From contig NW_004797274.1 in assembly GCF_000002075.1 (NCBI RefSeq), positions 1,096,433 to 1,160,432 of the forward strand: a stretch of DNA of 64,000 nucleotides, given 5' to 3'. Positions 38,833 through 58,501 of this stretch are shown here, piece by piece. Each line of letters begins with the position of its first letter. Within the stretch, counting starts at the first letter, position 1. The notes below the pieces were generated by a model. It was not told the DNA's origin. It saw nothing but the letters and a program-made list of their open reading frames with translations, and made no database searches. A program made the translations under genes and the position numbers. The DNA is from Aplysia californica. Lineage: Eukaryota.

Positions 38833-40761
38833 ACATTATTCAAAGAGCTTTAAGATATCAGTATTTCACAAATTATAAGAAAAATGAAGTGCACCAATAA
38901 AAACTACCTTGAGCAGCAGAGAAGAGAGATAAGAAAAAATAGGGTCGCATGTCACATTCAGAAGTGTTTGGAGCAAATTCTAACATGTCTTATGATGTTG
39001 GAACACATTAGGTCACATCTCTCATTGAACTTATGTGAAAGAAAAAAACAACATTCTAATCAATTGAAGTCATGACAAAACCATTCATACAATAATAGAC
39101 CGAGCAAAATTCATATATTAGTAATAGGATCGCAGTATTTCTTTATAACACCACTTCAAAGCATTTCAAGTTATTACTATGTGTGCACCACTAAATAAAC
39201 AGACTTATATAAATATCAACAATCCAACAGACACCCACAAGAAAAGACACAACATCTTTAAAATCATAGAACTAAAAAAACAAAAACTCTCTATGTGATC
39301 CAAAACATTACTCAACAAAATTCAAAATGGCAGAAGCTCTCCATAACAAATGAAAGGCTAAAAATGTTGAAGGACAAAATCTGACTAAGGAAAAGAAAAT
39401 ATTTTCTTTGAAAGAATCTCTTCACTGCATGCAACAAAACAAAATTACAAGTTGGCAGTATTTTCTATCACCACGTGAAAAGAATGTCACAATTTTAATA
39501 TTTTTCAAATCATTTGTACAGAGAGACATCCACTAAAAAGTATAGCCATCTCTGCATACATGTGCATTTGCATGAGAGTGTGTGTGTGTGAAGTGTGAGT
39601 CTGTGTAGTTTGAGTGTGTGTGTGTGCGAACGCATGCGTGTGTGTATGTACTGCTTGTAATTCTAATAAAAATGATTTTTTAAAGACTTCTACATAACGC
39701 ACATGTGCACTTTACATAAGTTTTAGCATATGTTTGTAAACTAGTACACACTTTAAATACAGACTTCTGTTTTAAATTTCTAAATATTTTGCACCTAATA
39801 TTCCCCATCTTATTATTCCCAGAAGATGCTCACATTTCTGCTTTCAAATCAAATAGACAGCCCCAAAGAGCTGCCAATTTCCTCAAATAGCTGCATTTTT
39901 TTTTTTACGAGTCTAGCGTAAAGCGCAATGTCCTCAAAACACAAAAATTCCCCATATCTAAAATGCCCTTGTGGACCACATTTTTGCCAAAATCTAGAAA
40001 CACATGCCAAATAGTAAAGACCAGAAAGACCAAAGAAAAAGAGAACAGTTCTGAAGTAAAATGTGGAATAGACAAGAGTTCTGTGTTGAACAATTTCATG
40101 GTATTAAAGTTGCAAGACAATTTGAAGTTACAAGACAGTTCATTACATGTTTAGTGTCATCACAAGAGAAGACAGCTTTAGGACAGAGAAAATAAAAATA
40201 AAAAAGACTGAAAATTTTTTTTTGAAATACAATAATTTTCAAACACCCATACATTATCATTCTTTAATGTCTGTTTAACAAAATCAAGATGAAGAGGCAA
40301 AAAAGAACCAAAACAAAAGGAATCAAGACAAAGACACACACACACACACACCAAAAAGAGTAATTTATGCGCGTATTGCGGAATGTTCATTCTGTATTTT
40401 TTTTCGTTTAGTGGAGTGTTTCTCAGTCGTTTTATTTGGCTGCTACTAATGGATTTCCATGGACCATTAAAAATGATGAAAAACCTGCTCATTCATAAAA
40501 CAAGAAATACACAGCAGGCTATTCCAATATCACGCCTCACTTCTCTGTGTCAATAATTCATCATTTGGAAATCCTTAAATCTTTGTGGCAAAAGAAAATT
40601 TAACAAGCAATACAATATTGAGAAAATTGCACTACCACACAGTTAAAAATGATATTGTCTATTCAAGGTATGAGTTGAACTTGAGCAAAGGCACCATACA
40701 CAAGCAGTGATGTTCTCAAAGTCGCTAGTCATGCATCCACTCACATCCGATCATGTCCAAT

Positions 40762-48362
<7,601 letters not shown>

Positions 48363-48950
48363 GTCTGGATCCTATAAAGGCGAAACTTCCAACTGGGGAA
48401 AAAAACAACAACCCAATAATTATTGTAAGAATATCAAACTGGACCCCTAAATTTAATTTATTATAACACAATAGAAGTAGAATGTCCTGGCAACATCAGA
48501 AATGCACAGGGCATACTATTGGCTCAATTTCACTGATGCTGAGTTAAACCTACTGCCATCCTTGGATGACAATGACCAATTGTTTTTCTGGCTTTTCATT
48601 AACACAGATTTAAAATTCATTTTTGAAATGTTTTAACAAAGAAAAGAAAAAAAATTGCAACATAGTCGTGAAAAAATGCTTTCTTAAAATATTTCAAAGT
48701 TTGAGCTAAGAACACTGATGCAAGTGCCAAAGTTTATTTTTATAACATAACCTACTTTTTAGAGTACTACGTATTACTTAAGTGAAAGGATGGCTTTGTA
48801 AAGACTCAAAAGATTAATTTTTTAAATTGTTAGTTATACTAACTTAAGTTGCTTACAAGTACTGATTTAGCAAGTCAAAAGTAGGGTAAAAAAAAGAAAA
48901 ATGTAGAAGAACTGTTTGTGGATGACTTAAAACAAAAGGTACAACCTCAT

Positions 48951-48998
48951 GGACAATAGACATTCACTTATCAAGGACAATAGACATTCACTTATCAA
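48951..48998. repeat. Exact 24-bp tandem duplication
   Basis: GGACAATAGACATTCACTTATCAA x2. Confidence 0.9.
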
Positions 48999-50133
48999 AA
49001 TGGTCCTCAAAGCATTTTCATAAAGAATGGTAAGCTATGATCAGTATTATATTAATTTTCTTTCTGTTGAATGTCATGAAATAATCAGATACTAACATAC
49101 GGGAAGCTTTTCCCTGTGCCATTCTATAACTTTATCTGTACTCATCCTAGAGCTCCACATTACACACCAACTTTAGGCAATGCTTCAGGAGAAATTCCAG
49201 ACAATCCACCCTCTATCAGAGGTTACTTTCACAGTATCCACACTGAATTAGATATTGTTCAGAACATTGCTTTTCACTCAACTTGAGAATGTAGACCTCC
49301 ACATTATAACATACAAACATGAACATTATACCCCCTCCCGTACTCTCCAAAATCACCTGCTTTCATCATTCTGCCTAATCTCTAAAATTAAGTGCAGTAA
49401 AGAAGGCAAAAGTAATCAAACCAATTTTTAAAATCACTGCAAGAAACTCATACAAGTAGAGGATAAAAAAGGTGTTAAAATGGAAACTGGGCAATATGTG
49501 TCTGCTTATCTAAAAATTCAATATGGGGGATTGGGGGGGGGGGGAGCTTTTATTGTTATAGATTACAATGCTGAACAATGTGTCATCTTGGAAAATGTCA
49601 TCGCTTTCAACAGTTTAATTAATACTGAAAAGGGGAGATCTTTTTAAATTAAAATTTCCATGAAAATTCAAAATCAAAAGCAGAAAAAAAAAGAAGCGTG
49701 TGCTGAAAGGGGTAGGAGACTAAGTACTGTGAAGCATTCAACTCCCTACTACTACAATAGCAAAATGACTTTGGCTTAGGACTAAGAGAAAAAAAAATTT
49801 GAGGAATCTCAGATCTGTAAATTGCTGCATGATAGCAATGCGATAGTAGTAGTAGTAGGCCTAGGCTACCCTACATACTATAGTACATGATAGGCCTCTA
49901 AAAATTATTAGGCTCCTATCAATTTTCAAAGTAAATAGTTATAACACGGATAGTTCAAATTCGTGGGGACCAGCCTCGATAGTTCGAGGGATCCATGATA
50001 GTTCCGGGGATGTCTTACAAAGAAAACAAAGAAAAAAAAAACGGGACCACAGGTACAGTTGGACAGATGAGTGATTTCGAGTCTTCTGTGATCGACCTAT
50101 CTGTGACTGTATCATGTATGTAGCTTATTATTA

Positions 50134-50817
50134 ACAAGCGGATAGCTAGAGAACGACAACTAAATGCCATTGGCTGATATTTATAGTAACAGCCATCTTG
50201 TTTCACATCATTGAAGGATTCCCGGCCAACTTTGTCAGTCACGGTGGCAACATCACAGCACCACGGCAGCCTGCCGACTGATTTTATTTTCTTTGCAACT
50301 TGCAGAACCTTTTGGTTCGTTTGTCTGTGATTGTGCAGCACCCGTCTTCTGCCCAGATTGATTCTGATGCTAAAAAGACTAAGGGTAGGCCTATGTACAA
50401 AAGCAAGTTCAAGCAAGGTTCAATAATGACGCAGTGCAAATGATTGACCGGATCGTAAGCACAAGAAATTATAATAAGCACTTACAAGAGATTGGACCCA
50501 ATACGATGCTGAGCTGCAAATGGAGTAGATCTAATTTAAGACTGCTAGGTTTGCAAAAATGGATACTGTGAGGTGCAAAAGAAGTATATAGTATACTAGG
50601 ACTAGGGGGGACCATTAGGAAAGATTCAAAGAGGGAAGCTTGGAAACTGTCAGTGCAAACCGTGCGCTATGCAAAATCATCACTAGCTAGGCCTAGATCT
50701 ATAGAATCCCGATCAGATGACGCTGCGGGCGTCCCCCTTGCGAGGTCAAACAAGATGGCTGTTATTATAAATATCTGCCTTAAGCGTTTAGTTGTCGTTC
50801 TCTAGCTATCCGCTTGT
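50134..50817. mobile_element. Foldback/MITE with ~75-bp inverted repeats
   Basis: ACAAGCGGATAGCTAGAGAACGACAACTAAA...ACAGCCATCTTGTTT (50134-50203) is mirrored at ~50748-50817. Confidence 0.8.
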
Positions 50818-52933
50818 CTCATTATTATGTCATGAATTTGCGTGTTCAACTGTGCCTAAACCTATAAATCTATTTCAAGAAATCTAGAATTTGATTTCAA
50901 TTTGTGCCTTGACTGAAACTCGAAGTCTAAGTGATGGAACTGAAACTTGAAACCGTTCTGCGGTCACCCTGTAGCACGTTCAGCGCAGTTCGTCGGCAGA
51001 GAGGTTTTTTTTTATGGTAGTGTTAATTGCGACAGAGAGACGCAGTGACAACTAAAGCGGCGTTAATTGCGACAGAGTGAACACTGAGCTCTTTTGCGTT
51101 GATGATTGGCCTAACATCATCTACCATTTCCGCTTCGCTTCCCAGCATGGTCCTAGTTATCTTGCAGGCAGGCATTTAAATCTTACAATGAATTTGACAA
51201 AGCTATTGCTAAATCTAAAGATAAAAATTTTGTTGCCTTTAGGAAGAAATCACCAGAAACAGTTGAGAAGGCGAACTTAAAGAGTGTGGCAAAAACCCAC
51301 AAAGACATTCTGTACGGCACAGTTTACTTTATCTGTGTTAATATTATGGACAGCCCAAATAACGAGGCAATAGATATTACCACAAAACATCAGCAGCATA
51401 CAACAGAAACAAAAACTACGAGGGGCAACAACAGCGACAACAACAACAACAAGAAACGAGCTGTGACTGTCTNNNNNNNNNNNNNNNNNNNNNNNNNNNN
51501 NNNNNNNNNNNNNNNNNNNNNNNNNNNNNNNNNNNNNNNNNNNNNNNNNNNNNNNNNNNNNNNNNNNNNNNNNNNNNNNNNNNNNNNNNNNNNNNNNNNN
51601 NNNNNNNNNNNNNNNNNNNTGCGCGTTTGTGCGTGTGTCTGTGAGTGTATGATGTGTGTGTGTCTGTGTGTATGTGTACAGTAGTCTCCGCCTAAGATCC
51701 CGGTGCTCAGGAGCAAGGAAATGCGGGATCTTAGGCGAACCGGGATCTTAACCGACGAACCCAGGGAAGAATCTATGGTGACCCATGTTAAGGCTCGCAA
51801 TCGGTAAAATGGTCTCCCTCCACTCATCAATGAACTGACGTGACCCCTTGGTGGGTTTATGGCATAAATATGGCTAGCAAAGAGTGGTTAACTCTCTTCA
51901 GACGGTTCACACAACAGTTGCGTGACCCCCGCCGCGACGGCTCCCCCGAGCCTTGCGTGACCAACTTTGGAAATTTTTTTTCACTCTACAAATCACGCAC
52001 GGATCACGGGACCCGCCTCGTACCCTTGTTTGGCCAAGCCTGAGCTACTTAGACTTCGTTTCGTATCTCTGGGACCCGTAGTTTTTAAGTTATTGAAGGT
52101 GAAGGACACTGACCCCAACTGGGGTTGAACTGACCGGAACTCGTGCTTTGTTTTTTTCTATACAGCTGATAGTAATCCGACAGTCGCATCGTAGTAACGG
52201 TCGAAGAAGTCGCATCAACAAGAATCACATAATTTCGCCATTTTCGATACTTCTGTACGTTTTACTAGTTCTAGTGTCTCAGAAAATGATGTGTCTGATA
52301 GTTAGGATCCTGGATATGTACCCGAACACGGCCCGAGTCGTAGTTTTAGGGCTAGATCTAGCACTAGTACTGGTGTTGTTGTTCGCGCAACGAAATCACA
52401 ACGTCGTGCCGTACATCTGTCTCATGTAATTCAGTGCATGGGTCTGAATCAACACACATACCAGCTTTTATACTTTCACCAAACACGCACACATGCATAC
52501 AAATCAAAATACAACACTTTGAACTTTTATTTTTGTTGTTGTTGTGAATTTCATTCTACCTGTCATGTCTCTGGAAATTTTTCGGAAAATCAAATTCATG
52601 CCAATTTTTTTAAAATCATATAAAATAAAGTATTGGACTTAGACAACTTTAGTTTTTTGTACTTTACTGTGTCAAAAAATAATTACAATAGGGTAATTCT
52701 GAGAGTTGTGGTGATTTATTGAAATACTCCCAAAAACGCCAGTCTTCAACGCTCGTGACTGGTGAAAGGGCTCAGTAGTAAGTGAGTTAACCTTGATGAC
52801 CTATCACAGTGCAGAGTGGCATGACGCGTGCCTTTTTCACTTATTATCCTATCATGAGTCTCAAGGTCTACGCTTATCCAGTTGCCCTTCCCCTTTACCT
52901 GTCGAAAATGTATAGCTTTCCATCTCTGACCGA

Positions 52934-53093
52934 GTCTCTACTCCCGAATTAGCGAGGCCCCCCCCCCCTTCCCAAACCGCCTTTGTCGTTACACACCATT
53001 ACGTTGTGAACACACCACAGAATTCTACACTAAGAATTCTGTGGAACACACCAATGAAAATTCAGACTGTCTCGCTAATTCGGGAGTAGAGAC
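52934..53093. mobile_element. 160-bp MITE with perfect 23-bp TIR
   Basis: GTCTCTACTCCCGAATTAGCGAG / CTCGCTAATTCGGGAGTAGAGAC. Confidence 0.8.
53016..53043. mobile_element. 28-bp hAT-like micro-element with 8-bp TSD
   Basis: GAACACAC|CACAGAATTCT-ACACTA-AGAATTCTGTG|GAACACAC. Confidence 0.8.
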
Positions 53094-53779
53094 AACTGCT
53101 GCAATGGTCAGGGAAGAGTTCACAGTTCGATGTGATCCCGCCTGGGGCGAACGTGTAGGCCCTACCCACCCAGCGAGTGATGTAAGTTTAGGGGGAGACC
53201 TCAGGTGTGAGTGTGATGTTCGGGGAAAACAAACGTGTCGGTAAGTTCACACCCCGGTGTGATCCCGTCTGGGGCAAACATTGTATCACTTCATCGAGTT
53301 TTACAATGTGTATGTGATCACATTCACGATAGTGGCTAATCTTTGACGCGACGGACAGTTTATTGATCTCAACTTTTCACTCTTGGTAGATAGGCTGTGC
53401 CCGCCCGGGCTTTTGTTTCGCAAGTTGTGATCTGAAATGCGGGATCTTAGCCGAAAGAAGACCTTCAGAGTGAATCAGAGTGGGATCTTAGGGGTGACTT
53501 TTGTATAGTAAAATTCTGTTTTCTTAAACAACGGGATCTTACGTGAACCGGGATCATAAGGGGTGGGATCTTAGGCGGAGACTACTGTATTTGTGTCTGT
53601 GGGTGTGTGAGACTCAGAGCGTGTGTGTGTGCATGTGTTTGTTTTTCTTTTTTCTTTTAAATTCTTTTTCGTCACAGACTCACTCTGTCGCAATTACGCT
53701 GCATTAATTGTCACAGCGTCACTCTGTCGCAATTAACTCTAGACTTTACCTTTTTTTAGAATGAAGTGACTATTTTACC

Positions 53780-54272
53780 GAACTCTCTGGAAAATAAACT
53801 TGACCTCTACTTTTCCAAACGGTTTCCGCTCTCGAGATTTTTTTGTCATTTGCGAGATTTACGCATCATCTTTCATTCTGCGAGGACTCAGAAGATGCAT
53901 TTTTTTGCATCTAATTCAATTTCTAGAGACTAGAGCTAGAGATTTTATTAAAAATGTCTGCATATTCAGATAGGCCTACTTCAATTGCGATTGGGGCAGC
54001 GTTCCCAGACTATACTTCATTTGAAAATGCCTTCAAAATGTACTGCGAGAAAACAAGACTGCTCGACATTGACAGTAAAACCTATTTTGCATAGTCACAC
54101 CAAAAGCAAAAACTACAATCCTTCATGCAAACAACCCTCCGCCCTGTTCACACCTTAGTTATAGGCTACACACACACACACACACGGGCCACTCCATTCA
54201 CAAATAACCAACAAATCTAGAGAACGGAAACCGCTCGGAGAAATAAAGTTTAGAGTTTATTTTCCCGAGCGT
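53780..54272. mobile_element. MITE-like imperfect inverted repeat
   Basis: GGAAAATAAAC...CGGTTTCCGCTCTCGAGATTT vs AAATCTAGAGAACGGAAACCG...GTTTATTTTCC. Confidence 0.6.
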
Positions 54273-54435
54273 GCGTCCGGCCTTTTTATAAACAAAATAA
54301 TAACAGTATTAACAGCAAATCAAATTCTGTGCAGACTCGACTGACGAATTTTCTTGCTCCAGTCACAGCTATGACGCTATGATTGAGAACAAGTAAGGCA
54401 GAATTATTCTTTTTTTTTTAAAGTAATATGCTTAC

Positions 54436-54904
54436 CTTCCTGCTAGCGTTAGCGTCAGAAAAGAATTCCTGTAGTCTGTATTTCTTCCACTTAAAACTAT
54501 GAATAGCTCATGAGTCTCGGGATGATCTGTCACTAAGCGGTAGGCTAGGCTTTGCTTGCTTTAGCGGAGCAGTCGAGGTACAATTGACACGGAAGTGAAA
54601 CTATGAACTTGTTCATTATTAAAAAGGAGAATTAACAACACAACGCTAGAGTTCTATTAATTCTTAGATCTATATTTAACCTGGAGTTTGATTCTCCATA
54701 TTTTAAAAAATTATTAAAACTTTGTCATAAAATCATTACAAATTTATAATTCTAGAGTTCAAAAATCCCAAATCCAGTGTTTTCTTTGCACCAATAGAAT
54801 TAGATCTAAGTAAATATAAATTGTTTTCTTTCAACAGAAATCCATGATGCACATTTTGTAGTTTGAAGCCACACATGTCTTATTGTCTTTCCTCTTCCGT
54901 AAAC
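54436..54904. promoter_or_regulatory. Putative bidirectional promoter ERLIN(-)/NOC2L(+) including ERLIN non-coding exon 1 (~54436-54595)
   Basis: Strong minus-strand donor AAG|GTAAGC at 54435; Ets-type CGGAAGTG at ~54590; pyrimidine-rich CTTTCCTCTTCCG directly before the NOC2L ATG. Candidate ERLIN acceptor at 48392. Confidence 0.55.
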
Positions 54905-57538
54905 ATGGCCACGCGCAGTGTCGGCATGGGTCCCACTATGAAGTCGAAAAAGTTGGCAGACATGTCTGTGAATGAGTTTTTTTCTGGCGATTTTGATAGT
55001 GAGTCAGAGTCTTCTACAAAGTCTGCAGATTCAGACTCGAAAATTCTGAAAAGTCGTTCTAAGGCAGGGTCAAAAGAAAAGTTAGTGTCTAAAAAGACGA
55101 AAGTGAAAGCTCCAAATCAAAAGCAGAAACGTGACAATGTGGTCAATGCGAACAACACGAATAAGAATATGAACAAAGTCGCCAAAAGGAACGAACTGCA
55201 AACAGAGCCATCGGCTAGCTTGGACCCTGTAAAGTCTAGCAAAGTGTCGAAACAGTCGCTAGCCAGGTCACTGCAAGAAAATGATCCAGAGTTCTATGAT
55301 TTTCTGAAAGGTGAGGACAAGAATTTGTTATCTAATCTTGAAACTCTGTCTGATGATGATTCCGAGGTAGATGAGGACGAACTTAATGATGTCAAAGCTA
55401 AAAACAGTTCTCCAGAAGATTATGAATTTGAAAAAGAACTTATCAATATGTCTAGTGGTGATGAGTCGGACTCTGATGAAGAGACGTCAAGCAATGTCCA
55501 TAAATTGCCACAGCAGCTTGAGGTTGCCAGTGATGACAGTGAAGCAGAAGATGTCGATGAAGAAGAGGCTGTAAAATCAACAACAAAAAAGAAAGGTGGT
55601 ACTCTTGTTACAAATAGAATGGTTAACAACTGGTCTGAAGAACTGAAAACAAAGCCATCTCAGACTGTTTTCCGTCAAGTTGTTTCAGCTTTTCATGCTG
55701 CTGTTCAAGAGGCAGGTGGAGCTGAGGATCAGTCTACCTCAAAATACCGTGTTGAAGGTAGTTTAGTGTTTAACAGTGTTGTAAGACTTTGTCTTGAGCG
55801 GATTGCTCCAACCCTGCAGAACATGCTCCATCTGACTACTCTAGCTGGAACTTCAGGAAATCAAACCTTTGAAAAGTCAGGTGCGTGGAAGAAAATTAAA
55901 GTTGAAGTGAAGTCATACATCAGTGATCTTTTAGACTTACTTGCTCAGCTTTCTGAAACAGCAATGATAAATGCTATGCTGAAACATGTTCACAAATTGA
56001 TTCTATTCTATGCAACTTTTCCCAAGTTATCAAAGATGCTGCTGAAAAGAATTGTGAAAATGTGGACTGGTGGAGATGAAACAACCCAGGTTTTGGCATT
56101 TCTGTGCATAAACAAATTAGTGCACATGAAACAGGACACACTGCTAGAACCTACTCTCAAACAAATGTATACTGCATATGTCAGTAACTGCAAATTCACA
56201 TCGCCTACCACTCTCCCGCAGATTAACTTCATGCAGCGTTCCCTTGTGGAATTATTTAACATTGATCAAACTTTGGCGTATCAGTATGCTTTTATTTACA
56301 TTCGTCAGCTTGCCATTCATTTGAGAAATGCTATTTCAGTGAAGAAAAAGAACACTTGTCAGGCTGTGTACAATTGGCAGTACATTCATTGCCTCAGTCT
56401 GTGGGTGAAACTTTTGACCACCACATGCCCGAGTGAGATTCTTCAGCCGATGATTTATCCGCTGACTCAGACTATCATTGGGACAATCAAGTTACTTCCT
56501 ACAGCCAGGTTTTATCCTCTGAGATTTCATTGTGTAAAACTGTTAAACAGTCTTTCAGCAAAGACAGACACATTTATTCCAACATTGCCATTTTTGTTGG
56601 AAGTTATTGAGCAGACTGATTTCAACAAAAGGCACAAGACTGTGAGTTTGAAACCTTTCAATTTTGCAGTAATTTTGAAGTTCTCAAAGTCACAACTTCA
56701 TGAAAAAGCTTTCAAAGATGGACTTGTTGACCAGCTGTATGAACTGTTCTTAGAAAGTTATCACAACTCATCTTGCTCCATTGGTTTTCCAGAACTAATT
56801 ATTCCTTCTGTTATTCAGTTGAAAGACTTTCTGAAGAAGTGTAAAATTGCAAACTACTGCAAACAATTTAAACAAATTGTGGACAAAGCCATGGAACAGG
56901 CTACATTTATTTCTGGGAAAAGGAAAAACTGTGGTGTGCGTCTTGATGACTCTGGCGCTGTCTCTCAATGGGAAAACAACATAAAGAGTGGTGGAACGCC
57001 GTTGGATAAGTTCTATGCGTCATGGAGGAAGCTTCGAGACAGAGAACTGCAGCATGAACTCTCAAACAAAGAAGCAATTTCTGGGGCTGCCATCGACATA
57101 CCAACTGTGGAGAGAAAGCTTACGAAAAGAGCAACCCCACAGGAGAGGGAGGACTTTTCCAAATTATTTGAAAATGAGTCTGACTCGGATGATGAAACCA
57201 GGTTCCTTTTGAAAGAGGAGCGCCCTGATCAGTTGAAAAGAAAGAGGAAAAGAAATGATGAATCAGACAGTGAAGATTACAGTGATTTCGATGATGAGGA
57301 ACTAGAACAGTTAGCTCAGTCAGCAAGCAGTGGAGAGGAAACAGATGGTTCAGATGGTGTGGAAAATGGTCAGATGAGCAGTGATCCAGAAAGTGATGAA
57401 GAAGAAAAGGGTAGAAATAGCAAAGTGAAGCAAAACAGTACAGTCAAGAGACAAAGACTTGATAGAGAAGAAGATGGAAATGATGGGGATGATATTCTTG
57501 AAGACTTCAATCTCGATGAATATGATTCTGATTCATAG
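54905..57538 (+). CDS. NOC2L: Nucleolar complex protein 2 homolog (NOC2L/NIR), single-exon CDS, 877 aa
   Basis: Uninterrupted ORF with Noc2 motifs LQENDPEFYDFL, YQYAFIYIRQLAIHLRNA, VYNWQYIHCL, IYPLTQ, RFYPLRFHC, SIGFPEL and acidic termini. ATG chosen at 54905 (aaacATGG, good Kozak) instead of the ORF-track TTG at 54863. Confidence 0.96.
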   Translation: MATRSVGMGPTMKSKKLADMSVNEFFSGDFDSESESSTKSADSDSKILKSRSKAGSKEKLVSKKTKVKAPNQKQKRDNVVNANNTNKNMNKVAKRNELQTEPSASLDPVKSSKVSKQSLARSLQENDPEFYDFLKGEDKNLLSNLETLSDDDSEVDEDELNDVKAKNSSPEDYEFEKELINMSSGDESDSDEETSSNVHKLPQQLEVASDDSEAEDVDEEEAVKSTTKKKGGTLVTNRMVNNWSEELKTKPSQTVFRQVVSAFHAAVQEAGGAEDQSTSKYRVEGSLVFNSVVRLCLERIAPTLQNMLHLTTLAGTSGNQTFEKSGAWKKIKVEVKSYISDLLDLLAQLSETAMINAMLKHVHKLILFYATFPKLSKMLLKRIVKMWTGGDETTQVLAFLCINKLVHMKQDTLLEPTLKQMYTAYVSNCKFTSPTTLPQINFMQRSLVELFNIDQTLAYQYAFIYIRQLAIHLRNAISVKKKNTCQAVYNWQYIHCLSLWVKLLTTTCPSEILQPMIYPLTQTIIGTIKLLPTARFYPLRFHCVKLLNSLSAKTDTFIPTLPFLLEVIEQTDFNKRHKTVSLKPFNFAVILKFSKSQLHEKAFKDGLVDQLYELFLESYHNSSCSIGFPELIIPSVIQLKDFLKKCKIANYCKQFKQIVDKAMEQATFISGKRKNCGVRLDDSGAVSQWENNIKSGGTPLDKFYASWRKLRDRELQHELSNKEAISGAAIDIPTVERKLTKRATPQEREDFSKLFENESDSDDETRFLLKEERPDQLKRKRKRNDESDSEDYSDFDDEELEQLAQSASSGEETDGSDGVENGQMSSDPESDEEEKGRNSKVKQNSTVKRQRLDREEDGNDGDDILEDFNLDEYDSDS

Positions 57539-57827
57539 ATTGCTTCTATGAGCTGTTTCTTTTATTTTTATGGCGAGGGTAGTTGTGCTTGAAAGCCTGA
57601 AAGATTCTGAATGCATGCCTGCAAAATCTGGTTTCATCTCACTTCTCACAAATTGTACCATGTGCATTGGTTAGAAAATCGATGTTGTTTTATTTTCATT
57701 TGGGGTCGGGGGTTTTTAAGTTCTTTCTTTATAATTGTCAGTGTCAACAGCAATTTTGTTTTTCATATTCCTGGAATCCAACTTTTGTTTCCCACATACT
57801 TTAACTTTAAGTAGTAGTGTTTAAAAT

Positions 57828-58143
57828 ATGTGTGTGTGCTAGGAGAAAAGTCCCAGTTGTCGGCATAGCTATTTTTGAGCAACTGTGTGAAAAGACCAAA
57901 AATGTATACCAAGTCAAAAATTTAGTTCCTTCAGAAAACACGTTAAAATCATTTCTTAATAACATATTGAAATGATTTTATATTTTGTCTAAATATTTTT
58001 TTTATTGTGTTACAAAATGTGGCATATCTTTGAAACTACTCAAGATATTTGAAATTTAATTTTTTTTAATCAGCATGCTCAGCGTTGAATTGCCTCTGCC
58101 AAAATTTCCGACAACTGGGACTTTTCTTCAGGCACACACACAC
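57828..58143. mobile_element. MITE with ~35-bp TIRs downstream of NOC2L
   Basis: GTGTGC..GAGAAAAGTCCCAGTTGTCGG / CCGACAACTGGGACTTTTCT..GCACAC. Confidence 0.75.
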
Positions 58144-58354
58144 GTGAATGATATGTCCTGCCAATTTGGCAATGAAAACTTAATAACTACAGTACAGGTG
58201 TACTTTTATTGAGAGCTGCTGTCAGAAATCTGACTGTGTACGACATCTGCTCTCATGCTGGCCACATGGCCCGTTACCTCCATTGTGGTCTGGCACCAGG
58301 TTAGCTTCCTTTTTTAAAGAAGACCATAACGAAATCTTTGTGTCAAGTTTACCG

Positions 58355-58480
58355 GTGCCTGTGGTGTAGCGGGGTTATAATGCACTTCACTGTCGCAGAC
58401 AGGAGGCCGAGTGGTTTGAATTGTTATAGAATATATCTCAATCTTTCTGCAGGGATGTTGTGTCCCTCTCAGTCAGTCCA
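58355..58480 (+). mobile_element. tRNA-headed SINE family B copy
   Basis: GCCTGTGGTGTAGCGG A-box-like head; core GGGATGTTGTGTCCCTCTCA. Confidence 0.6.
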
Positions 58481-58501
58481 TATTGACCCTGATATATTGT
58501 A

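Larger units (their letters stand above)
51679..53587. mobile_element. Tc1/mariner (pogo/Tigger-like) non-autonomous element, ~1.9 kb
   Basis: TA|CAGTAGTCTCCGCCTAAGATCCC ... GGGATCTTAGGCGGAGACTACTG|TA perfect TIR; repeated GGGATCTTA subterminal sites; no transposase ORF. Confidence 0.9.
51018..53741. mobile_element. Outer non-autonomous DNA element (TAG...CTA ends) hosting nested insertions
   Basis: TAGTGTTAATTGCGACAGAG..GACGC..TAATTGCGACAGAGTGA is mirrored at ~53680-53741. Confidence 0.75.
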
